Below, one piece after another: positions 1 to 14,549 of a DNA stretch of 64,000 bases. The stretch lies in NCBI GenBank assembly GCA_053919585.1, contig CM132796.1. One strand, written 5' to 3'. A model generated the notes under the pieces. It had not been told where the DNA came from. It was given only the letters and a program-made list of their open reading frames with translations, and searched no databases. The DNA comes from Euprymna scolopes (taxonomy: Eukaryota). A program made the translations under genes and the position numbers. Position 1 is the first letter of the stretch, and every line of letters starts with the position of its first letter.

Positions 1-3000
1 CTTAATATAGAAAAATTGAAACTATACACAAATAGTCATATGCCTTAATATAGAAAAATTGAAACTATAGACAAATAGTCATATGCCTTAATATAGAAAA
101 ATTTAAACTATACACAAATAGTCATATGCCTTAATATAGAAAAATTGAAACTATACACAAATAGTCATATGCCTTAATATAGAAAAAGTGAAACTATAGA
201 AAAATTGTCATATGCCTTAATATAGAAAAATTGAAACTATAGACAATTAGTCATATGCCTTAATATAGAAAAATTGAAACTATACACAAATTAGTCATAT
301 GCCTTAATATAGAAAAATTGAAACTATAGACAAATAGTAATACGGCTTAATATAGAAGAATTGAAACTATACACAAATAGTCATATGCCTTAATATAGAA
401 AAATTGAAACTATACACAAATAGTCATATGCCTTAATATAGAAAAATTGAAACTATACACAAATAGTCATATGCCTTAATATGGAAAATTGAAACTATAC
501 ACAAATAGTCATATGCCTTAATATAGAAAAATTGAAACTATACACAAATAGTCATATGCCTTAATATAGAAAAATTGAAACTATAGACAAATTGTCATAT
601 GCCTTAATATAGAAAAATTGAAACTATACACAAATAGTCATATGCCTTAATATAGAAAAATTGAAACTATACACAAATAGTCATATGCCTTAATAAAGAA
701 AAATTGAAACCATACACAAATAGTCATATGCCTTAATATAGTAAAATTGAAACTATTGACAAATAGTCATATGCCTTAATATAGAAAAATTGAAACTATA
801 GACAATTAGTCACATGCCTTAATATAGAAAAATTTAAACTATAGACAATTAGTCATATGCCTTAATATAGAAAAATTGAAACTATACACAAATAGTCATA
901 TGCCTTAATATAGAAAAATTGAAACTATAGAAAAATAGTCATATGCCTTAATATAGAAAAATTGAAACTATACACAAATAGTCATATGCCTTAATATAGA
1001 AAAATTGAAACTATAGACAATTAGTCATATGTCTTAATATAGAAAAATTGAAACTATACACAAATAGTCATATGCCTTAATATAGAAAAATTGAAACCAT
1101 ACACAAATAGTCATATGCCTTAATATAGAAAAATTGAAACTATAGACAATTAGTCATATGCCTTAATATAGAAAAATCGAAATTATAGAAAGTTAGTCAT
1201 ATGCCTTAATATAGAAAAATTGAAACTATACACAAATAGTCATATGCCTTAATATAGAAAAATTGAAACTATAGACAATTAGTCATATGCCTTAATATAG
1301 AAAAATTGAAACTATACACAAATAGTCATATGCCTTAATATAGAAAAATCGAAATTATAGAAAGTTAGTCATATGCCTTAATATAGAAAAATTGAAACTA
1401 TACACAAATAGTCATATGCCTTAATATAGAAAAATTGAAACTATAGACAATTAGTCATATGCCTTAATATAGAAAAATTGAAACTATAGACAATTAGTCA
1501 TATGCCTTAATATAGAAAAATTGAAACTATAGACAAATAGTAATACGCCGTAATATAGAAGAATTGAAACTATAAACAAATAGTCATATGCCTTAATATA
1601 GAAAAATTGAAACTATACACAAATAGTCATATGCCTTAATATAGAAAAATTGAAACTATACACAAAAAGTCATATGCCTTAATATAGAAAAATTGAAACT
1701 ATACACAAATAGTCATATGCCTTAATATAGAAAAATTGAAACTATAGACAAATAGTCATATGCCTTAATATAGAAAAATTGAAACTATACACAAATAGTC
1801 ATATGCTTTAATATAGAAAAATTGAAACTATAGACAATTAGTCATATGCCTTAATATAGAAAAATTGAAACTATACACAAATTAGTCATATGCCTTAATA
1901 TAGAAAAATTGAAACTATAGACAAATAGTAATACGGCTTAATATAGAAGAATTGAAACTATACACAAATAGTCATATGCCTTAATATAAAAAAATAGAAA
2001 CTATACACAAATAGTCATATGCCTTAATATAGAAAAATTGAAACTATACACAAATAGTCATATGCCTAAATATGGAAAATTCAAACTATACACAAATAGT
2101 CATATGCCTTAATATAGAAGAATTGAAACTATAGACAAATAGTCATATGCCTTAATATAGAAAAATTGAAACTATACACAAATAGTCATATGCCTTAATA
2201 TGGAAAAATTGAAACTATACACAAATAGTCATATGCCTTAATATAGAAAAATTGAAACTATACACAAATAGTCATATGCCTTAATATAGAAAAATTGAAA
2301 CCATACACAAATAGTCATATGCCTTAATATAGTAAAATTGAAACTATAGACAAATAGTCATATGCCTTAATATAGAAAAATTGAAACTATAGACAATTAG
2401 TCACATGCCTTAATATAGAAAAATTGAAACTATAGACAATTAGTCATATGCCTTAATATAGAAAAATTGAAACTATACACAAATAGTCATATGCCTTAAT
2501 ATAGAAAAATTGAAACTATAGAAAAATAGTCATATGCCTTAATATAGAAAAATTGAAACTATACACAAATAGTCATATGCCTTAATATAGAAAAATTGAA
2601 ACTATAGACAATTAGTCATATGTCTTAATATAGAAAAATTGAAACCATACACAAATAGTCATATGCCTTAATATAGAAAAATTGAAACTATACACAAATA
2701 GTCATATGCCTTAATATAGAAAAATTGAAACTATAGACAATTAGTCATATGCATTAATATAGAAAAATTGAAACTATAGACAAATAGTCATATGCATTAA
2801 TATAGAAAAATTGAAACTATACACAAATAGTCATATGCCTTAATAAAGAAAAATTGAAACCATACACAAATAGTCATATGCCTTAATATAGTAAAATTGA
2901 AACTATTGACAAATAGTCATATGCCTTAATATAGAAAAATTGAAACTATAGACAATTAGTCACATGCCTTAATATAGAAAAATTTAAACTATAGACAATT

Positions 3001-6000
3001 AGTCATATGCCTTAATATAGAAAAATTGAAACTATACACAAATAGTCATATGCCTTAATATAGAAAAATTGAAACTATAGAAAAATAGTCATATGCCTTA
3101 ATATAGAAAAATTGAAACTATACACAAATAGTCATATGCCTTAATATAGAAAAATTGAAACTATAGACAATTAGTCATATGTCTTAATATAGAAAAATTG
3201 AAACTATACACAAATAGTCATATGCCTTAATATAGAAAAATTGAAACCATACACAAATAGTCATATGCCTTAATATAGAAAAATTGAAACTATAGACAAT
3301 TAGTCATATGCCTTAATATAGAAAAATCGAAATTATAGAAAGTTAGTCATATGCCTTAATATAGAAAAATTGAAACTATACACAAATAGTCATATGCCTT
3401 AATATAGAAAAATTGAAACTATAGACAATTAGTCATATGCCTTAATATAGAAAAATTGAAACTATACACAAATAGTCATATGCCTTAATATAGAAAAATC
3501 GAAATTATAGAAAGTTAGTCATATGCCTTAATATAGAAAAATTGAAACTATACACAAATAGTCATATGCCTTAATATAGAAAAATTGAAACTATAGACAA
3601 TTAGTCATATGCCTTAATATAGAAAAATTGAAACTATAGACAATTAGTCATATGCCTTAATATAGAAAAATTGAAACTATAGACAAATAGTAATACGCCG
3701 TAATATAGAAGAATTGAAACTATAAACAAATAGTCATATGCCTTAATATAGAAAAATTGAAACTATACACAAATAGTCATATGCCTTAATATAGAAAAAT
3801 TGAAACTATACACAAAAAGTCATATGCCTTAATATAGAAAAATTGAAACTATACACAAATAGTCATATGCCTTAATATAGAAAAATTGAAACTATAGACA
3901 AATAGTCATATGCCTTAATATAGAAAAATTGAAACTATACACAAATAGTCATATGCTTTAATATAGAAAAATTGAAACTATAGACAATTAGTCATATGCC
4001 TTAATATAGAAAAATTGAAACTATACACAAATTAGTCATATGCCTTAATATAGAAAAATTGAAACTATAGACAAATAGTAATACGGCTTAATATAGAAGA
4101 ATTGAAACTATACACAAATAGTCATATGCCTTAATATAAAAAAATAGAAACTATACACAAATAGTCATATGCCTTAATATAGAAAAATTGAAACTATACA
4201 CAAATAGTCATATGCCTAAATATGGAAAATTCAAACTATACACAAATAGTCATATGCCTTAATATAGAAGAATTGAAACTATAGACAAATAGTCATATGC
4301 CTTAATATAGAAAAATTGAAACTATACACAAATAGTCATATGCCTTAATATGGAAAAATTGAAACTATACACAAATAGTCATATGCCTTAATATAGAAAA
4401 ATTGAAACTATACACAAATAGTCATATGCCTTAATATAGAAAAATTGAAACCATACACAAATAGTCATATGCCTTAATATAGTAAAATTGAAACTATAGA
4501 CAAATAGTCATATGCCTTAATATAGAAAAATTGAAACTATAGACAATTAGTCACATGCCTTAATATAGAAAAATTGAAACTATAGACAATTAGTCATATG
4601 CCTTAATATAGAAAAATTGAAACTATACACAAATAGTCATATGCCTTAATATAGAAAAATTGAAACTATAGAAAAATAGTCATATGCCTTAATATAGAAA
4701 AATTGAAACTATACACAAATAGTCATATGCCTTAATATAGAAAAATTGAAACTATAGACAATTAGTCATATGTCTTAATATAGAAAAATTGAAACCATAC
4801 ACAAATAGTCATATGCCTTAATATAGAAAAATTGAAACTATACACAAATAGTCATATGCCTTAATATAGAAAAATTGAAACTATAGACAATTAGTCATAT
4901 GCATTAATATAGAAAAATTGAAACTATAGACAAATAGTCATATGCATTAATATAGAAAAATTGAAACTATACACAAATAGTCATATGCCTTAATATAGAA
5001 AAATCGAAATTATAGAAAGTTAGTCATATGCCTTAATATAGAAAAATTGAAACTATACACAAATAGTCATATGCCTTAATATAGAAAAATTGAAACTATA
5101 GACAAATAGTCATATGCCTTAATATAGAAAAATTGAAACTATAGACAATTAGTCATATGCCTTAATATAGAAAAATTGAAACTATAGACAATTAGTCATA
5201 TGCCTTAATATAGAAAAATTGAAACTATAGACAAATTGTCATATGCCTTAATATAGAAAAATTGAAATTATAGAAAGTTAGTCATATGCCTTAATATAGA
5301 AAAATTGAAACTATAGACAATTAGTCATATGCCTTAATATAGAAAAATTGAAACTATAAACAATTAGTCTTATGCCTTAATATAGAAAAATTGAAACTAT
5401 ACACAAATAGTCATATGCCTTTATATAGAAAAATTGAAACTATAGACAAATAGTAATACGCCTTAATATAGAAAAATTGAAACTATAGACAAATAGTCAT
5501 ATGCCTTAGTATAGAAAAATTGAAACTGTAGACCAATAGTCATATGCCTTAATATAGAAAAATTGAAACTATACACAAATAGTCATATGCCTTAATATAG
5601 AAAAATTGAAACTATACACAAATAGTCATATGCCTTAATATAGAAAAATTGAAACTATAGACAATTAGTCATATGCCTTAATATAGAAAAATTGAAACTA
5701 TACACAAATAGTCATATGCCTTAATATAGGAAAATTGAAACTATCCACAAATAGTCATATGCTTTAATATAGAAAAATTGAAACTATACACAAATCGTCA
5801 TATGCCTTAATATGGAAAATTGAAACTATACACAAATAGTCATATGCCTTAATATAGAAGAATTGAAACTATAGACAAATAGTCATATGCCTTAATATAG
5901 AAAAATTGAAACTATAGACAAATTGTCATATGCCTTAATATAGAAAAATTGAAACTATACACAAATAGTCATATGCCTTAATATAGAAATATTGAAACTA

Positions 6001-9000
6001 TACACAAATAGTCATATGCCTTAATATAGAAAAATTGAAACCATACACAAATAGTCATATGCCTTAATATAGTAAAATTGAAACTATAGAAAAATAGTCA
6101 TATGCCTTAATATAGAAAAATTGAAACTATAGACAATTAGTCACATGCCTTAATATAGAAAAATTGAAACTATAGACAATTAGTCATATGCCTTAATATA
6201 GAAAAATTGAAACTATACACAAATAGTCATATGCCTTAATATAGAAAAATTGAAACTATAGAAAAATAGTCATATGCCTTAATATAGAAAAATTGAAACT
6301 ATACACAAATAGTCATATGCCTTAATATAGAAAAATTGAAACTATAGACAATTAGTCATATGTCTTAATATAGAAAAATTGAAACTATACACAAATAGTC
6401 ATATGCCTTAATATAGAAAAATTGAAACTATACACAAATAGTCATATGCCTTAATATAGAAAAATTGAAACTATAGACAATTAGTCATATGCCTTAATAT
6501 AGAAAAATTGAAACTATAGACAAATAGTCATATGCATTAATATAGAAAAATTGAAACTATACACAAATAGTCATATGCCTTAATATAGAAAAATCGAAAT
6601 TATAGAAAGTTAGTCATATGCCTTAATATAGAAAAATTGAAACTATACACAAATAGTCATATGCCTTAATATAGAAAAATTGAAACTATACACAAATAGT
6701 CATATGCATTAATATAGAAATATTGAAACTATAGACAATTAGTCATATGCCTTAATATAGAAAAATTGAAACTATAGACAATTAGTCATATGCCTTAATA
6801 TAGAAAAATTGAAACTATACACAAATTGTCATATGCCTTAATATAGAAAAATTGAAATTATAGAAAGTTAGTCATATGCCTTAATATAGAAAAATTGAAA
6901 CTATAGACAATTAGTCATATGCCTTAATATAGAAAAATTGAAACTATAAACAATTAGTCTTATGCCTTAATATAGAAAAATTTAAACTATAGACAAATAG
7001 TCATATGCCTTAATATAGAAAAATTGAAACTATAGGCAAATAGTAATACGCCTTAATATAGAAAAATTGAAACTATAGACAAATAGTCATATGCCTTAAT
7101 ATAGAAAAATTGAAACTATAGACCAATAGTCATATGCCTTAATATAGAAAAATTGAAACTATACACAAATAGTCATATGCCTTAATATAGAAAAATTGAA
7201 ACTATACACAAATAGTCATATGCCTTAATATAGAAACATTGAAACTATACACAAATAGTCATATGCCTTAATATAGAAAAATTGAAACTATACACAAATA
7301 GTCATATGCCTTAATATAGAAAAATTGAAACTATCCACAAATAGTCATATGCCTTAATATAGAAAAATTGAAACTATACACAAATCGTCATATGCCTTAA
7401 TATAGAAAAATTGAAACTATAGACAAATAGTCATATGCCTTAATATAGAAAAATTGAAACTATAGACAAATAGTAATATGCCTTAATATAGAAAAATTGA
7501 AACTATAGACAATTAGTCATATTCCTTAATATAGAAAAATTGAAACTATAGACAATTAGTAATATGCCTTAATATAGAAAAATTGAAACTATAGACAAAT
7601 AGTCATATGCCTTAATATAGAAAAATTGAAATTATACACAAATAGTTATATGCCTTAATATAGAAAAATTGAAACTATACACAAATAGTCATATGCCTGA
7701 ATATAGAAAAATTGAAACTATACACAAATAGTCATATGCCTGAATATAGAAAAATTGAAACTATACACAAATAGTCATATGCCTTAATATAGAAAAATTG
7801 AAACTATAGACAAATAGTCATATGCCTGAATATAGAAAAATTGAAACTATAGACAATTAGTCATATGCCTTAATATAGAAAAATTGAAACTATACACAAA
7901 TTAGTCATATGCCTTAATATAGAAAAATTGAAACTATAGACAAATAGTAATACGCCTTAATATAGAAGAATTGAAACTATATACAAATTAGTCATATGCC
8001 TTAATATAGAAAAATTGAAACTATAGACAAATAGTAATACGCCTTAATATAGAAGAATTGAAACTATACACAAATAGTCATATGCCTTAATATAGAAAAA
8101 TTGAAACTATACACAAATAGTCATATGCCTTAATATAGAAAAATTGAAACTATAGACAAATAGTCATATGCCTTAATATAGAAAAATTGAAACTATACAC
8201 AAATAGTCATATGCCTTAATATAGAAAAATTGAAACTATACACAAATAGTCATATGCCTTAATATAGAAAAATTGAAACTATAGACAATTAGTCATATGC
8301 CTTAATATAGAAAAATTGAAACTATAGACAATTAGTCATATGCCTTAATATAGAAAAATTGAAACTATACACAAATAGTCATATACCTTAATATAGTAAA
8401 ATTGAAACTTGAGACAATTAGTCATATGCCTTAATATAGAAAAATTGAAACCATACACAAATAGTCATATGCCTTAATATAGAAAAATTGAAACTATAGA
8501 CAAATAGTCATATGCATTAATATAGAAAAATTGAAACTATACACAAATAGTCATATGCCTTAATATAGAAAAATCGAAATTATAGAAAGTTAGTCATATG
8601 CCTTAATATAGAAAAATTGAAACTATACACAAATAGTCATATGCCTTAATATAGAAAAATTGAAACTATAGACAAATAGTCATATGCCTTTATATAGAAA
8701 AATTGAAACTATAGACAAATAGTCATACGCCTTAATATAGAAGAATTGAAACTATACACAAATTAGTCATATGCCTTAATATAGAAAAATTGAAACTATA
8801 GACAAATAGTAATACGCCTTAATATAGAAGAATTGAAACTATACACAAATAGTCATATGCCTTAATATAGAAAAATTGAAACTATACACAAATAGTCATA
8901 TGCCTTAATATAGAAAAATTGAAACTATACACAAATAGTCATATGCCTTAATATAGAAAAATTGAAACTATAGACAAATAGTAATATGCCTTAATATAGA

Positions 9001-11818
9001 AAAATTGAAACTATACACAAATAGTCATATGCCTTAATATAGAAAAATTGAAACTATAGACAATTAGTCATATGCCTTAATATAGAAAAATTGAAACTAT
9101 AGACAAATAGTCATATACCTTAATATAGAAAAATTGAAACTTGAGACAATTAGTCGTATGCCTTAATATAGAAAAATTGAAACCATACACAAATAGTCAT
9201 ATGCCTTAATATAGAAAAATTGAAACTATACACAAATAGTCATATGCATTAATATAGAAAAATTGAAACTATACACAAATAGTCATATGCCTTAATATAG
9301 AAAAATTGAAATTATAGAAAGTTAGTCATATGCCTTAATATAGAAAAATTGAAACTATACACAAATAGTCATATGCCTTAATATAGAAAAATTGAAACTA
9401 TATACAAATAGTCATATGCCTTAATATAGTAAAATTGAAACTATAGACAATTAGTCATATGCCTTAATATAGAAAAATTGAAACTATAGACAAATTGTCA
9501 TATGCCTTAATATAGAAAAATTGAAATTATAGAAAGTTAGTCATATGCCTTAATATAGAAAAATTGAAACTATAGACAAATAGTCATATGCCTTAATATA
9601 GAAAAATTGAAACTATAGACAATTAGTCTTATGCCTTAATATAGAAAAATTGAAACTATACACAAATAGTCATATGCCTTAATATAGAAAAATTGAAACT
9701 ATAGACAAATAGTAATACGCCTTAATATAGAAAAATTGAAACTATAGACAAATAGTCATATGCCTTAATATAGAAAAATTGAAACTATACACAAATAGTA
9801 ATACGCCTTAATATAGAAAAATTGAAACTATACACAAATAGTCATATGCCTTAATTTAGAAAAATTGAAACTATACACAAATAGTCATATGCCTTAATAT
9901 AGAAAAATTGAAACTATACACAAATAGTCATATGCCTTAATATAGAAAAATTGAAACTATACACAAATAGTCATATGCCTTAATATAGAAAAATTGAAAC
10001 TATAGACAAATAGTCATATTCCTTAATATAGAAAAATTGAAACTATAGACAAATAGTCATATGCCTTAATATAGAAAAATTGAAACTATACACAAATAGT
10101 CATATGCCTTAATATAGAAAAATTGAAACTATAGACAAATAGTCATATGCCTTAATACAGAAAAATTGAAACTATAGACAAATAGTCATATGCCTTAATA
10201 TAGAAAAATTGAAACTATAGACAATTAGTCATATGCCTTAATATAGAAAAATTGAAACTATAGACAAATAGTCATATACCTTAATATAGAAAAATTGAAA
10301 CTTGAGACAATTAGTCGTATGCCTTAATATAGAAAAATTGAAACCATACACAAATAGTCATATGCCTTAATATAGAAAAATTGAAACTATACACAAATAG
10401 TCATATGCATTAATATAGAAAAATTGAAACTATACACAAATAGTCATATGCCTTAATATAGAAAAATTGAAATTATAGAAAGTTAGTCATATGCCTTAAT
10501 ATAGAAAAATTGAAACTATACACAAATAGTCATATGCCTTAATATAGAAAAATTGAAACTATACACAAATAGTCATATGCATTAATATAGTAAAATTGAA
10601 ACTATAGACAATTAGTCATATGCCTTAATATAGAAAAATTGAAACTATAGACAAATTGTCATATGCCTTAATATAGAAAAATTGAAATTATAGAAAGTTA
10701 GTCATATGCCTTAATATAGAAAAATTGAAACTATACACAAATAGTCATATGCCTTAATATAGAAAAATTGAAACTATAGACAATTAGTCTTATGCCTTAA
10801 TATAGAAAAATTGAAACTATACACAAATAGTCATATGCCTTAATATAGAAAAATTGAAACTATAGACAAATAGTAATACGCCTTAATATAGAAAAATTGA
10901 AACTATAGACAAATAGTCATATGCCTTAATATAGAAAAATTGAAACTATACACAAATAGTAATACGCCTTAATATAGAAAAATTGAAACTATACACAAAT
11001 AGTCATATGCCTTAATATAGAAAAATTGAAACTATACACAAATAGTCATATGCCTTAATATAGAAAAATTGAAACTATACACAAATAGTCATATGCCTTA
11101 ATATAGAAAAATTGAAACTATACACAAATAGTCATATGCCTTAATATAGAAAAATTGAAACTATACACAAATAGTCATATGCCTTAATATAGAAAAATTG
11201 AAACTATAGACAAATAGTCATATGCCTTAATATAGAAAAATTGAAACTATACACAAATAGTCATATGCCTTAATATAGAAAAATTGAAACTATAGACAAA
11301 TAGTCATATGCCTTAATACAGAAAAATTGAAACTATAGACAAATAGTCATATGCCTTAATATAGAAAAATTGAAACTATAGACAATTAGTCATATGCCTT
11401 AATATAGAAAAATTGAAACTATAGACAATTAGTCATATTCCTTAATATAGAAAAATTGAAACTATAGACAATTAGTCATATGCCTTAATATAGAAAAATT
11501 GAAACTATACACAAATAGTCATATGCTTTAATATAGAAAAATTGAAATTATAGAAAGTTAGTCGTATGCCTTAATATAGAAAAATTGAAACTATAGACAA
11601 ATAGTCATATGCCTTAATATAGAAAAATTGAAACTATAGACAATTAGTCATATGCCTTAATATAGAAAAATTGAAACTATAGACAAATAGACATATGCCT
11701 TAATATAGAAAAATTGAAACTATACACAAATAGTCATATGCCTTAATATAGAAAAATTGAAACTATAGACAAATAGTCATATGCCTTAATATAGAAAAAT
11801 TGAAACTATAGACAATTA
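1..11818. repeat. 43-bp AT-rich tandem satellite, ~275 monomers, with higher-order structure; runs off the left edge of the window
   Basis: Consensus CTTAATATAGAAAAATTGAAACTATA(C/G)ACAA(A/T)TAGTCATATGC recurs every 43 bp (1, 44, ...). It ends abruptly at ...GACAATTA|CAGTG. No ORFs in the track. Confidence 0.99.
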
Positions 11819-12189
11819 CAGTGTGGCATTGTCAAAAGAAACATATTAAAAGTTTATATCCGGATAAGTAAGAGAGTTTAAATACCTGTCAAGCATTTGC
11901 GACAAGATCTTACCGTGGCTTCATCTGTTGCTATGGTACAAGGTGTACTGGTCAATTTAACCAGCGCTAACACCTAATATGTTGAACATGCTAAGTATTG
12001 ATATACTCTTGATGGTCAACCGGCTATATTAGTATAGCAACGTTGAGAGGAGCGATTCTGAGTTAAAAAAAAAATGCCCGTTCACTTCCAATGCCAACCA
12101 TCTTTAATTTAGTGGATCTGCTGAAGATGCGGCAATTCAATCTGCGGATTTATCAATTAAAATGTTATTTCAAACTTATTACAATCCGA

Positions 12190-12420
12190 TGCAATAATAA
12201 CAATGATCTCTCAGCTTTGCTAATTGCGATTCCAATACATAAATTTGGCGTCCAATTTCGAACAATTATCTCTTCGCAATTCGACTTCATTACAAATCTT
12301 CTGTTATAATTGGTAAAAACCTAACACAGCATTAATTAAGACGACAATCCTAATTATCAATTAGCAATATGAAAATCAAATCTATTGATCTTCTTAATCG
12401 ATCTGAGAACACTGATCTAG
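12190..12420 (+). pseudogene. Highly degraded Penelope-like reverse transcriptase N-terminal remnant
   Basis: Translation IAIPIHKFGVQFRTIISS..ITNLLL*LVKT and KIKSIDLLNR resembles the PLE RT motif LPKIHKxGxPxRPIIS...NLAKWL...IKNSxDL. Confidence 0.35.
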
Positions 12421-12586
12421 AAGTGGCTCTCATTAAAAGACAATAAGAATGAATCCAAATGATAAATGCGAGTTATTCAATGCAAAATTTGATACAGTGT
12501 GATTCTGAATTAAATCGTTTCATGTGTCTCATTAGACCAAAACTCTTTAAGAGAATCGCACTCTCAGGCTCTTATATATATATATA

Positions 12587-13381
12587 CTAGCAGGTAGACC
12601 CGACGTTGCCCAGGATTGAATGATGATCAACGAATGTTTTATACTCTCATATTTATATTGTCATCGAAATTAGTGAAATCGTCTATTTTTCAATCAAATC
12701 AACTGATTGCCTGTTCTAGTTGGGGATCAATCATGATTCACTGGGAGAGAGCTACACATGCATTCCCGCAATGACTTAGTCCACAATACATTGAAGTTTA
12801 CATTGCACTGTAGAGAACCTACTGTTGATTTTATAAAATTATTTTTTATATATAATGGCTTGAATTAAAGTTTTAAATGCAAGAATCAAGTATCATGCTT
12901 AAATTGTGTTTTAAACAGAAACATTCATTTCAAACGCGCCTTTTAAAAGAACTTACTGTTGATTTTATATGCCCGACCTTACTGCTTCTACGGTGAAAAT
13001 GGCTTGAATTTAAGTTTAAAATGAAAAAAGTCAAATATTATGGTGCAATTGTCCTTTAAACAGAAACATTCATTTCGAATGCATCTCTGTCATATCTAAG
13101 AAGATACTGTTGATTTTATATGTCGGACCTTTCGCCTTTTCAAATGCACTTGTAATTTTAGGCTGTGTAAGGTGTTAACTTTGGTCAAAATCGTCGGTCC
13201 TTTCTTTCAGCAGATTATTTTGATTATCGATACTTATCAAAGATAACCTATCTAAGAACACTGACAGACATATAAAGTACCTTCGTATGAATCTTCATAA
13301 AAATCGTCCCAGCCGTTTTCAAGTCCATAGGAAACAAACTCACACATACACAGACAAAATTCTTTTATATAATAGTAGAGA
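12587..13381 (-). mobile_element. Non-autonomous Helitron (family A), full length ~795 bp
   Basis: Minus strand starts A|TCTCTACTATTATATAAAAG followed by a TGTCTGTG tract. It ends in a subterminal hairpin (CCTGGGCAACGTCGGG) then CTAG|T. No TSD. Homologous to 16647-17363 and 34765-37035. Confidence 0.8.
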
Positions 13382-13384
13382 TAT

Positions 13385-13652
13385 ATGCCAACGGCATTCG
13401 TCCTAGGCAGGTTGAACTGGCTTCCCATGGAGGAAGAAGTTTCATGGAAACATTAAGTTCACAAGTGGGCCCCCAGTTGCATGTATATCCCAGTTAAGGG
13501 AGATGATGATATTGCAGAGGGATGTCGACGTCCTCCTACATACAGCACCTAATATTCCCACATGGTCACCCATCTGGTATTGACCAGGCTCAACGTTGCT
13601 TAACTTCAGTAGTCTAATGATAACTGGTGTGTCAACGAGATTTTGCCATATA
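13385..13652 (-). mobile_element. 5S rRNA-derived sequence (13541-13652) plus a ~155-bp non-5S body: SINE3-like element or 5S pseudogene
   Basis: Reverse complement TATGGCAAAATCTCGTTGACACACCAGTT...GAAGTTAAGCAACGTTGAGCCTGGTCAATACCAGATGGGTGACCATGTGGGAATATTAGGTGCTGTA aligns along the length of animal 5S rRNA (A box, C box region) with many substitutions. Confidence 0.75.
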
Positions 13653-13885
13653 TAAGGTCTTCTTAGTAGTTAAATAAATTAAGTCGCAGATTATGGAATC
13701 AGCTATGCCGACTTTGAGGGATAAATAAAGACCTGGCCAGAGATAGATTATATACTTAACAGAACGAAAGGTTGGAGGAAATATTACTCAGGGTAAATGC
13801 CCATTTCATTTCCCTAGCCTCACTATGTTCATAGGTAGTTGACAATCCACAAGTGATGTTTATGTTGGATGGCACTGTAGATCCT

Positions 13886-13935
13886 ATTTACTTGCCTCCC
13901 TACGAGGGCAGAGTTAGGCACAATGCCGTTTTTCT
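13886..13935. repeat. Terminus of a dispersed repeat (SINE/LINE tail-like), also at ~17700 and ~59123
   Basis: TTTACTTGCCTCCCTACGAGGGCAGAGTTA occurs at ~13887 and ~59123, with a variant at ~17700. Confidence 0.5.
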
Positions 13936-14368
13936 TTGTGAGTGAAGTCAAGCTCAACATAAAGGAGCACTCTGGATTGGAATAAAAATAAAAAAATTGG
14001 GTCAGTCTAGAAGGATTTCTCATTCATTGACTGAAAACAGAAAAGATACTACACTTTGATCTCAACTCAAGGCCGAGGCACATTGTAGTCACATTGTTAC
14101 AATCCTTTGCGATTTTCTTTTCCTTTAACATTGATCGACGTAGTCGAGATGGGGGACTGAGACCTACTCAGCTTCCTCTCACTGAGATCATCCTCTCTTC
14201 GCATGGAACTAACATTCTTCATCAGATCTAATAATTCACATTCCCTAACTAATATAAATAAAACAGTTTACAATGTATATGCGTGTCTGTCTGTGCGTAA
14301 ATATTTAACCGATAAACTCTTAAACTATTTGTCACATAAAACTGAAATTTACAAGAAATAGTAATTAT

Positions 14369-14549
14369 TAGGGCTATGACAACAGCATATTCTTTTCATT
14401 GTTTTGACTCTCGAGTATATATCCGACACAGTTAGACACAATTAATCAACCGAGAACCGCATCACTCTATCTAAAAACATATAAGATATCAACGGATACA
14501 CACTCGAAAGTCAAAACAATGAAAAGAATATGCTGTTGTCCTAGTCCTA
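14369..14549. repeat. Inverted repeat, 57-bp arms, 67-bp spacer, inside a Helitron-like element (~14250-14860)
   Basis: 14369-14425 is the reverse complement of 14493-14549 with 5 mismatches. 14810-14860 matches 25615-25670 in reverse orientation. Confidence 0.85.

Noticed and set aside
1-11818. CRISPR-like array or coding repeat
   Set aside because: No unique spacers: monomers differ only by point variants. No cas genes, eukaryotic context, and no ORFs in the track.
13541-13652. Functional 5S rRNA gene
   Set aside because: Many substitutions, no T-run terminator after the 3' end, and not in a tandem array.
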